A program made the translations under genes and the position numbers. This document shows positions 28,205-36,048 of a DNA stretch of 36,048 nt, one piece after another (positions within the stretch are counted from its first letter, which is position 1; every line of letters begins with the position of its first letter). The notes beneath the pieces are model-generated. The model had not been told where the DNA came from, did no database searches, and was given only the letters and a program-made list of their open reading frames with translations. The stretch is from Candidatus Omnitrophota bacterium (GTDB lineage: Bacteria; Omnitrophota; Gorgyraeia; Zapsychrales; Zapsychraceae): contig JADFXQ010000017.1 in assembly GCA_015233495.1 (NCBI GenBank), positions 1 through 36,048 of the forward strand, given 5' to 3'.

Positions 28205-29007
28205 CCAATTTGATCCCTATGGCCGGCTTGGGGAACCGGTTTTTTCAGGATAAATACCGGGTGCCCAAACCGTTTATTCCGGTTTTGGGCGAACCGATGT
28301 TTTTAGCGGCGGCGCGTTCTTTTCCGTCGGCGGATCGGTATATCTTTATTTGCCGGCAAGAACACGTGGCGCGCTATAAAATCGCGGAGACTTTGCGCCG
28401 TTTTTCCCGGCCTGCGGAAATTGTCACGGTGGATGCTCCGACCCAAGGACAGGCCTGCACATGTCTTTTGGCGCAAGATAAATGGGATCCGGCGGATGGA
28501 TTGTTTATCGCGTCCTGCGACTATCAGATGATTTATGATGAAACCAAATATCAGAATTTATGGAATGATCCTTCGGTGGATGTAATTATTTGGACTTTTA
28601 AAATAGGCAGTATCAAAAAAGCTGACCCCCAGGCGTTCGCTTATTGCCGGGTTGAAAACGGACGGGTTACCGAGATTGTCGAAAAACGCGTGATCAGCGC
28701 CACTCCGGAAAACGACCCGGCCGTGGTCGGCTCTTTTACTTACCGCCGCGCGGAATTGTTTACCCGCGGAGCTAAGGACATGATCGCGAAAAATATCCGG
28801 GTTAATAATGAATTTTATGTCGGCACCAGCATCAATCAATTGATCGCCGCGGGTTGCCGCGTGGTGACTTTTGAAATTGAAAATTTTATTTCTTTTGGCA
28901 CGCCGTTTGAGCTGATGTCTTTTCATTATTGGCAGGATTATTTTGATCAGTTAGAGGACCATCCATACCATATGCAACGCCCTTACCCAGCGAGCGCCGG
29001 ACGATGA
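28201..29007 (+). CDS. Sugar-phosphate nucleotidyltransferase, BcbE-like, copy B
   Basis: LIPMAGLGNRF, PKPFI, TQGQACTCL, SCD, IVEKRVIS, RVNNEFYV, FGTPFEL; ATGA overlap. Confidence 0.88.
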   Translation: MTNLIPMAGLGNRFFQDKYRVPKPFIPVLGEPMFLAAARSFPSADRYIFICRQEHVARYKIAETLRRFSRPAEIVTVDAPTQGQACTCLLAQDKWDPADGLFIASCDYQMIYDETKYQNLWNDPSVDVIIWTFKIGSIKKADPQAFAYCRVENGRVTEIVEKRVISATPENDPAVVGSFTYRRAELFTRGAKDMIAKNIRVNNEFYVGTSINQLIAAGCRVVTFEIENFISFGTPFELMSFHYWQDYFDQLEDHPYHMQRPYPASAGR

Positions 29008-30122
29008 ACAAACCCGAACTTTCGATTATTTTGCCTTGCTATAATGAAAGCCGCAATTTGCCTCTGATTGTCGAGCGGATGAAGCAGTTTTGGCCCCAAT
29101 ACCGTTTTGAATTGGTGTTGGTCAATAATGGATCCACGGATGATACCGCTGCCGTATTAGAGAGGTTGAAGAATAAGTATCCCGATTTTTTGTTTCCGGT
29201 AACCATAGAACTGAACCTTGGTTATGGACATGGAATTCATACCGGGCTGAAAGCCAGCCGCGCCGATGTGGTTGCCTATACGCACGCGGATATTCAAACT
29301 CCGCCGGAAGATGTGTTTCGCGCTTATCAGATGTATAAAAAACATCCGGCGCCAGGCGCGGATAAAAATATCTTGGTTAAAGGGCTGCGCTTGAACCGCC
29401 GGGAGGAGGAACAATTTTTAACCCGCTGGTTTTCCAAAATCGTCCGTTTAGTTTTAGGATATCCTTTAGACGACATCAACGGCCAGCCGAAATTGTTTTC
29501 GCGGGTATTATTGAGCGAGTTGCGCAATCCGCCCCGGGATTTTTCTTATGATTTATATGTGATGTACATGGCTCGCCTTCGGCAATTCGCGTTAGTAGTG
29601 TTTTCCGTGGATTTTGGTGAAAGAGCGCACGGTAAATCGCATTGGGCGACGAGCGTGTCGCGAAAATATCAGACCATACTGAAATATTTAGCGAATATTT
29701 TTAAAATGGGGTGGGAGCATCGGTCAGACGGCCGCAATTTGTTCGGACAGGTTCTGCGGTTTTTGGCTACCGGGGTTGTGACTAATGTCGTGAATTATGG
29801 ATTGTTTTGGACGCTGTTGCGGTTGTTGAATGTTGATTATCGGGTGAGTTCGGCTTGTGGATTTTTCGCCGGGTTTGTGGCGGGATTTTTTATCAATCGG
29901 GCCTGGACGTTTAAGGCCGCCGGCGGGAGATCCGCGGCGCAATGGATAAAATTTTCGATATTGAACGCGGTTTCTTTCGGCGCTAATCTTACTACGATTT
30001 GGATTTTTACGGCCGGGTTGCATTGGCGGCCGGAATTTTCGCAGATCATGGCGATCGGCGGGAGCATGGTGATTAATTTTGTCGGGTCAAAGTTGTGGGT
30101 TTTTCGAAGGTATAGCGCGTAA
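29004..30122 (+). CDS. GT2 polyprenyl-phosphate glycosyltransferase fused to a C-terminal GtrA-type flippase domain
   Basis: LSIILPCYNE, VNNGSTDDT, NLGYGHGI, THADIQT, GKSHW; then RFLATG, NRAWTF, NFVGSKLWVF in four TM helices. Confidence 0.9.
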   Translation: MNKPELSIILPCYNESRNLPLIVERMKQFWPQYRFELVLVNNGSTDDTAAVLERLKNKYPDFLFPVTIELNLGYGHGIHTGLKASRADVVAYTHADIQTPPEDVFRAYQMYKKHPAPGADKNILVKGLRLNRREEEQFLTRWFSKIVRLVLGYPLDDINGQPKLFSRVLLSELRNPPRDFSYDLYVMYMARLRQFALVVFSVDFGERAHGKSHWATSVSRKYQTILKYLANIFKMGWEHRSDGRNLFGQVLRFLATGVVTNVVNYGLFWTLLRLLNVDYRVSSACGFFAGFVAGFFINRAWTFKAAGGRSAAQWIKFSILNAVSFGANLTTIWIFTAGLHWRPEFSQIMAIGGSMVINFVGSKLWVFRRYSA

Positions 30123-30160
30123 GTTTTTAACTTTGTATTTAGAAACGCTCGTAGCTTGAC

Positions 30161-30392
30161 GGTTTGCCGTATCCATTTCCTGACGCACTGAGCTTCATCC
30201 CAGCCGTCTTGCTGCGCAAGCCGTCTGGGACCGCTGTTTTTCAAGCGGCTCGCCGGTCGCGCCAAACTCGCACCGCGTCATCGCTAAAGCGATGCCGCGG
30301 CACTCAAACAAAGGCGCGAGTGGAAATTTTTCCGGCGATCCGTTTGAAAAACAGCTTTTGCTCAAAGCGGCAGGAAACGGATACGGCAAACC
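30161..30392. repeat. Nested multi-arm palindromic element (REP/MITE-like or structured RNA)
   Basis: Outer arms 30161-30193 and 30360-30392 match 29/33; inner arms 30233-30256 and 30332-30355 match 22/24; further stems at 30257-30263/30313-30319, 30273-30300 and 30198-30230. Confidence 0.8.
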
Positions 30393-30470
30393 TGCAACTC
30401 GCTGAAATAATATAGTCAGCCTTTGGGCGCGCGTTTTTTTATTGGCAGGTTAAGAAGATTGGGGGAGAAA

Positions 30471-31547
30471 TTGAAGGCATTAGTGCTGGAAGAAAATGGG
30501 GTTTTGCGATATCGGGACGTCGCAGATCCGGTGATCGGCCGCGATGAGTGTCTGGTGAGAATCAAGGCCGCGGGGATTTGCAGTTCGGATATTCACCGGG
30601 CTTTTGAGAGTGGCGCTTATCATTATCCTTTGATTATGGGGCATGAGTTGTCCGGCGTGGTGGAGACGGTTGGGCCGGATGTCCGGCAATTTAAATCCGG
30701 GGACCGGGTTGCCGTGTTTCCGTTATTGCCTTGTTTTGAATGCGAATTTTGCCGCCGGGAATTTTACGCGCAATGTATGAAATATGATTATTACGGCTCC
30801 CGGCGGGACGGTGGGTTCGCGGATTTTTTAGCAGTGCCGGAATGGAATTTATTTCCGGTGCCGGATGAAGTCGATCTGGCAGCCGCAGCTCTGCTGGAGC
30901 CGTTTTCCGTCGGGGTGCACGCGGCCCGAAAAATCACGGTTCAAGCCGGTCAAACTGTCGCGGTGCTGGGCGCCGGGATTATTGGTTTGATGGTCAGCCG
31001 TTTTTTGGCTGCCACGGTCCAGCCGGACCAGATTTTTGTCCTGGACCGCAACGTTTTAAAATTGCGAATCGCCGCGGATTTCGGCTGTCAGACCGTGCTG
31101 ATTCTGCCGGGTTTGGATTGGAAAAAAGAATTTATTAAACAGACCGGCGGCGTTGATCACGTCATAGAAACCTGCGGCGCCGCGGAAGTTTACCGGGCGA
31201 CTGTGGATTTGGCAAAGCATCACGGCAATGTGGTGTGGGCGGGAAATATCGACGGAGATTTGCATTGGGGGCGGCAAACAGTCAGTTCCGTAATCCGGAA
31301 AGAATTGAAAATTTACGGTTGCTGGAACGCGTGGTACACGCATAAAAATGACGATGATTGGCACGCGGCTTTGGAATTTATCCGGCAGTACTCGGGATGT
31401 CAAGATTGGATCACCCAGAAATATCCCCTGGCGCAGGGTGTTGAAGTTTTGCAAAAATTAAGAAACTATAAGTTGCCGCAACAACGGCTTCCCGGTGAAA
31501 CCATAATCAAAACTATTTTCGTTGAGGAAAAGGAAACAGGATGTTGA
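30471..31547 (+). CDS. Zn-dependent polyol-phosphate dehydrogenase, galactitol-1-phosphate 5-dehydrogenase-like
   Basis: TTG start after a gggggaga ribosome site; ICSSD, GHE, CFECEFC-x7-C, YDYYGSRRDGG, GAGIIG, GCWN. Confidence 0.87.
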   Translation: MKALVLEENGVLRYRDVADPVIGRDECLVRIKAAGICSSDIHRAFESGAYHYPLIMGHELSGVVETVGPDVRQFKSGDRVAVFPLLPCFECEFCRREFYAQCMKYDYYGSRRDGGFADFLAVPEWNLFPVPDEVDLAAAALLEPFSVGVHAARKITVQAGQTVAVLGAGIIGLMVSRFLAATVQPDQIFVLDRNVLKLRIAADFGCQTVLILPGLDWKKEFIKQTGGVDHVIETCGAAEVYRATVDLAKHHGNVVWAGNIDGDLHWGRQTVSSVIRKELKIYGCWNAWYTHKNDDDWHAALEFIRQYSGCQDWITQKYPLAQGVEVLQKLRNYKLPQQRLPGETIIKTIFVEEKETGC

Positions 31548-33223
31548 TCCCTGCGACGAGTTGGAATTTGAAAAAATGGGACCTGGCGGTAGGGGCGCTG
31601 GTTTTTCTTTTATTTTTCGCGATTTATACCCAGTGGACTCTGAAAGCGAATTGGGATCTGACCGGGTCGCATATTGTGCTCACTGGAGATGAAAATGTTA
31701 TTATTGGGAATATTCGGAGCATGTTGGCGGTTCATACTCTCCAAGATAAAATATACGCTCTGTTTGATCGGGATCCTGTTTACGGGATGTTGTGCACTTA
31801 CACGGCTTATTGGGTCGGTGTCCCGGCAGCGCAACGCTGGGGGGAACCCGGGATGATTTTCACGATCCGCATGGCAAAATATTTTGTGCTGGTGACCGCT
31901 TTATTTTTATTATGCCGGCTCACCATAGGTTCGTGGATGATCGGCGCTTTATTATTTGGCGCGCTTTTGTCCATGCCGTCAACCGCTTATTATGCTTTTA
32001 TGCCGAAACCGGATCAGGAACAATTATTGCTGATCGTTATTTTCTTTTTTTTCACCCGGCGCTGTCAATATAGATTGGGATGGCATTGGGTTTTTTTAGG
32101 CCTGGCGTTTGGGACCAAAGCCTCGGCCGCTTCGTTGATCCCATATTGCGGGCTAATTGCGCTGTGGACGATGCGCCGTGATTTGCTGAAAATTCGGTTT
32201 TATCGGGACGCGGTGATCGCCGGGGTGGTATTAATCGGCGGGTTTTTTGTCGCCCAATGGACGCTTCTGGATTGTTTTATTCGGGGGCATTGGAATCAGC
32301 TCGGGAAATATCTATGGTTTATTGCGATCCAAAGCGTTCCGAAGTTGACCGGGTTTCACCATACTTTTATGCATTTTATGGGCCGAATTCTCTGGGACAA
32401 AAATTTGATCGGCGCGCCGTCGTTTTTTCGGGTAATTTTTATTTTATTAGCGGTGGCGGTAGTTTGCAAATTGCTAATTACGCTGCGCTGGGGAAAAATG
32501 AGCGATGCCGAAATCTCCCAGGCGCATTTTCGGATTTTTATTTTTGGCGCCGGTTTGATCCTGCTGGCGCCAATCGCTTTTTTGACTGCGGATTTTTCTT
32601 TTTTTCATCTGCATGGCGGGATGTGTTTTTTGCTTGCGGGGTTAATTTCTTTTATTGAACAAGATTTCCGGCGGCGGCAGGGGAATTTAAAAACTTTTTG
32701 GAAAGCCCCGGAATTTTATTTGCTGGTTTGGATTGGCATCATTGCGGTATTTGCGGTTTTACGAGCGGACGCGTATTTGAACCGGCAGGCCAAGCGTACT
32801 CAGGATGAACACTATTTTTTGCTGGTGAAACAGAGTCATACGTATCAGAACATCTTGCAAACGCTGGCTTTGGCTTCCGGTCAAAAATTACGCGTCATTC
32901 ATAATGGAAATTTTGAAATTGATCCGACCCCCTGGTACAGTACGGATCGGGAATTCAGCCCTTGTCTGGGTTGGCTCAAAGGGGTGGAGGTAGTCATCAC
33001 TTATCCGCATTTGCTTCCGGAACCGGGCACGCCTGCCGATGCCCTTTATCAGAAATATGTCGGTACCTGGGCGGATTTTCAGCAAGGGAAGCAATGTCTT
33101 TACATCTTTTATGATCAACACCCGGGATTAAGAAGTTCGACCGCGTTCGAGAGTCTGGTTATGCTGATTCGGGCGGATATCCTGGCTAAGACCTGGCACG
33201 CGTTAGGCGGAAAATTATTTTAA
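31541..33223 (+). CDS. Polytopic membrane protein, GT-C (ArnT/PMT-like) glycosyltransferase candidate 4
   Basis: GDE acidic motif in the first external loop, PKPD, GLAFGTK, many TM helices, soluble C-terminal domain. Confidence 0.72.
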   Translation: MLIPATSWNLKKWDLAVGALVFLLFFAIYTQWTLKANWDLTGSHIVLTGDENVIIGNIRSMLAVHTLQDKIYALFDRDPVYGMLCTYTAYWVGVPAAQRWGEPGMIFTIRMAKYFVLVTALFLLCRLTIGSWMIGALLFGALLSMPSTAYYAFMPKPDQEQLLLIVIFFFFTRRCQYRLGWHWVFLGLAFGTKASAASLIPYCGLIALWTMRRDLLKIRFYRDAVIAGVVLIGGFFVAQWTLLDCFIRGHWNQLGKYLWFIAIQSVPKLTGFHHTFMHFMGRILWDKNLIGAPSFFRVIFILLAVAVVCKLLITLRWGKMSDAEISQAHFRIFIFGAGLILLAPIAFLTADFSFFHLHGGMCFLLAGLISFIEQDFRRRQGNLKTFWKAPEFYLLVWIGIIAVFAVLRADAYLNRQAKRTQDEHYFLLVKQSHTYQNILQTLALASGQKLRVIHNGNFEIDPTPWYSTDREFSPCLGWLKGVEVVITYPHLLPEPGTPADALYQKYVGTWADFQQGKQCLYIFYDQHPGLRSSTAFESLVMLIRADILAKTWHALGGKLF

Positions 33224-33248
33224 ACCCGCTGACAAGGCAGCGTTCATT

Positions 33249-33839
33249 ATGATTGCGATTGCGCACCGGATAAACACCCAAGCCGAATTAGCGCAAGTCC
33301 CGCCGACTTGCGGAGTAGAAGTTGATCTGCGCGACCATGGCGAGCGGATCATTTTGCAGCATGATCCGTTTAAAGACGGCGAGGATTTTGAAGAATATTT
33401 GCGGCATTACCGGCACGCTTTTCTGATTTTAAACATCAAAAGCGAGCGGATCGAGGCAAAAGCGCTGGAACTGGTCCGGCGATATGACGTAAAAGATTAT
33501 TTTTTCTTAGACAGTTCTTTCCCGATGATTTATCAAATGTCCTCTGCCGGGCAGCGGCACATTGCTTTGCGTTTTTCCGAATATGAAGGCTTGGACACTT
33601 TGGAAAAAATGCGCGGCCGGGTTGATTGGGCCTGGATCGATTGTTTCAACCGTTTGCCGCTGGGAAAAGCAGAATTTCAACGCTTAAAGGAATGGGGATA
33701 CAAAATTTGCCTGGTTTCCCCCGATCTCGTCGGCCGCCCGCAAGATATCCCGCCTTATCGCCAAGCCATAGACCAACAGATGCTGGTGTTTGACGCGATT
33801 TGCGTTAAAACACATAACATCGTTGCTTGGCAATCATAA
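33249..33839 (+). CDS. Small PLC-like / glycerophosphodiester phosphodiesterase-fold protein
   Basis: IAHRIN, GVEVDLR, QHDPF, LNIK, FFLD, WIDCF, CLVSPDL; no signal peptide. Confidence 0.75.
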   Translation: MIAIAHRINTQAELAQVPPTCGVEVDLRDHGERIILQHDPFKDGEDFEEYLRHYRHAFLILNIKSERIEAKALELVRRYDVKDYFFLDSSFPMIYQMSSAGQRHIALRFSEYEGLDTLEKMRGRVDWAWIDCFNRLPLGKAEFQRLKEWGYKICLVSPDLVGRPQDIPPYRQAIDQQMLVFDAICVKTHNIVAWQS

Positions 33840-33956
33840 AGAAAACGCTTTCCGGAAACCCGCCTAACGGCCTTGTCTTACCCCGCATACAATATATACT
33901 TATATTAAAGGTCTTAATTTTTAAAGGGGCGGTTTGGGGGCCGCTTTTTGGTGTTT

Positions 33957-35654
33957 ATGATCAGGAAAAATAAAATTTTAGGATTGGTTTTGTCCTGCGG
34001 TCTGATTTTTCAGCAGTCCGGGTTTGCTCAGATGGCCGGGGCTTTGGATTTGCCGGGGTCAATCGCGGCGTTTCGCGCGACGCTGATTCAGGAAAATTTT
34101 CGGCCTTTGCATTTGCGATCCATGGAATATAACGGCGTTGACAATCATTTTCGGTTGCTCATCGACAAAGGCGATTTGAAAAATCCGTTGACTTCCGACG
34201 TGGAAAATACAACGAAAACGCTGCTCAATTATTTTTTTGTCGGTCTGACCCTGCCCAATAAATCCTTTTGGGTGAATTTAAAACCTGACGCGCCGGACCG
34301 CATCATCGACCCGTATCTGGCGCAGACCGACGTCGGGAAAATTGTCCTCGAATCCGATCTGCAACTGAAAAAAGACACCGCCAAATTTACCTCGCCGGAT
34401 ATGCCGGAAGGCAAGGAATATTGGAGCAAGCTGTACAAAAAAGCCGGGCAATTGTTTGGCGACCAGGATATCGCGATTCCGACCATGACTCGGCCGTGGA
34501 TTGTGCCGGGGGAAATCATTCTTCGAGAAACTCAATCCCCTGCCAATGCTTACATTTATAAAGCCACGCTCAAGGTTATGCTGGAGCAGGATTATCTTAA
34601 AGATTCCAACACCTACAATTTTATCGATCCGCGGCTTAAACAATTGAACGAATACGCGTCCCAGCTCCTGCGCGAATTGGTCATCCCCAAACTCACCAAA
34701 GCAGTCAACACGGCGCCGCGATACGCGGCTTTGCGGCAAGTCTATTATTCCCTGATTCTCGCCCAGTGGTTTAAATCCCGGTACGCCGGGCAAGCGGGGT
34801 TATATTCTTCCCGGATCGATTTGCGCGACTTAAACGGCCTCCTATCGCCGAACCCCTGGTCGCCGCAGACGTATTTTGAGCAGTATAAAAAATCATTTCA
34901 AAATGGGGAATACAACTTAGACCAGACCGTTGGCGAGGGAGAAGACCTGACCGTGCGCAATTACCTGAGCGGCGGGTGTGTTTTCGCAATTGCTTTTCCG
35001 CTGCCCAGCGCGAGCCCGGTCACGCGGGGCGCGGTGACTGTCTTGCCGGGCGCTGCCGCGGCTTTCCCGGCGAGCGGCAATAATATTTCCGTTTCGTTCG
35101 CGGATGGAGCGGTAAAAATATTGACCGTGGATTCGGTCGTCACTGATCAGCTCGCTCCGGTTGCTTTTGCGTTAGCGGCGCGGAATAGCCGTCCTTCGGA
35201 TAAGCGGGATACGTTGGCTCAGGGTTCGAGTCCGTTAACTGAGCCAGCTATTATTCAAGGAGAAACAATACCAGTCGTTTCCATTCTTTACCCCGCGTAC
35301 GTTCGGCATGATTTGGCGGTAAAAAGTTTGGTGAATCCGCAGGACCGGAATCTGGTTGGCGTCTACGGCGGATCCGGAGCGGACGTGACCAATTATCTTT
35401 TATCTACCAACGCGAGGGAAAGTTATTTTGTTTATTACGCGGAGTTCGGGGATGTTTCCCCTGCGGAGCTGCAAAAGGTCACGCAAAAATTCGCGGTGTC
35501 ATGGGAGTTTTCGCAACAATACCAGCAATGGAAATCAGTCAAGGGATTTGGGAATACCGGCGCGGTTTTTCCGGAAACTTTTGTGCAGGCCTTGGCTATG
35601 GAACTTGATGCTTTGAGGGAACGGTCAATAGATCCTTACCCCCTTGATTCATAA
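33957..35654 (+). pseudogene. N-terminal part of a large secreted modular protein, interrupted by an IS
   Basis: Signal peptide MIRKNKILGLVLSCGLIFQQSGFA; conserved-looking domain FWVNLKPD...TDVGK...DLQLKKDTA...RPWIVP...YAALRQVYYSLILAQWFK...YLSGG. The last codons (from about 35614) are read from IS sequence. Confidence 0.7.
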
Positions 35655-36048
35655 GAACATGCTTCATGCGAAGCAATTTATCGAGATCAACAGGTGGTAC
35701 CAAGAGCAGTTGTTGATTTAAGTCAGGTTTCTTTTCAAGAGCGAGTTGCAATGGGGTTTTGTGTTCTTTGTAAGAGTTTGGTCTTTTAAGATTAAAGAAG
35801 AGTTGGTACGCCGTTGCTTTTGCAAAGAAGTCATCGCGGTTTTCAAAATGTTCGATTTCCAGGAATTCAGCTTCGATCAGATTATGAATCGTCTCAACAT
35901 CAGATTGCATCCTGTGAGCGCCCGGAAAGATTGTGTTATGGATTTGTCCGGGAATCGACTCGATGCGACGGGTATAGGCGGAAGATTTTTTAGCGTTCCA
36001 AGAACCTATATATTCGCTTCCATTGTCCGTCTGGCGGATAATGACAGG
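35596..36048 (-). CDS. DDE integrase-core (rve) transposase, IS481-like, 5' part outside the window
   Basis: The frame is open from the window edge: PVIIRQTDNGSEYIGSW...QSDVET...FNLKRPNSYKEHKTP. Confidence 0.88.
   Translation of the reverse strand, partial: PVIIRQTDNGSEYIGSWNAKKSSAYTRRIESIPGQIHNTIFPGAHRMQSDVETIHNLIEAEFLEIEHFENRDDFFAKATAYQLFFNLKRPNSYKEHKTPLQLALEKKPDLNQQLLLVPPVDLDKLLRMKHVLMNQGGKDLLTVPSKHQVP
35614..36048 (-). mobile_element. Insertion sequence, transposase-distal end
   Basis: Transposase 3' end plus terminal sequence TGAGGGAACGGTCAATAGATCCTTACCCCCT. The boundary is uncertain by a few bp. Confidence 0.8.

Noticed and set aside
30164..30415. Two short ORFs on opposite strands both starting MPYPFP
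   Set aside because: Artefact of the inverted repeat arms.
561..35616. Numerous minus-strand and alternate-frame ORFs in the track (e.g. 886-1362, 9705-10247, 14509-15120, 34278-34793)
   Set aside because: They overlap well-supported + strand genes and have no recognisable motifs; they are shadow ORFs.
1..36048. Whole window as a composite transposon
   Set aside because: The content is essential core genes. Nearby IS copies causing assembly breaks is the simpler explanation.

Overview
Bacterial chromosomal segment from a diderm, LPS-producing organism. It is probably Candidatus Omnitrophota (PVC-related), inferred from the zinc-ribbon SpoVG, the LpxC-FabZ fusion with LpxI, and the N-terminal domain of the last large ORF. 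Nearly all genes are on the + strand. Bases 0.5-18.3 kb are a housekeeping block: hisG, a 33-aa bS22-like ORF missing from the ORF track, TPR protein, ispE, spoVG, tRNA-Gln, glmU, prs, rplY, pth, rpsF, ssb, rpsR, rplI, dnaB, bamA, skp, lpxD, lpxC-fabZ, lpxA, lpxI. Bases 18.3-33.8 kb are an accessory glycosylation locus overlapping lpxI: four GT-C-like membrane proteins, a GT2-GtrA fusion, two BcbE-like nucleotidyltransferases, a PLC-like phosphodiesterase, two Zn polyol dehydrogenases, and AlsE/Rpe-like and EryC-like ketose-phosphate 3-epimerases. It has no transporter, kinase or regulator. My best candidate for an undescribed system is this locus, read as a route that makes a rare ketose, loads it on a lipid carrier and transfers it outside the cytoplasm (inference). 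The window ends with the start of a large secreted protein cut by an IS481-like element, and both window edges share a 17-bp IS terminal core. Several palindromic intergenic elements are present. All family calls come from motif recognition; no database search was run.
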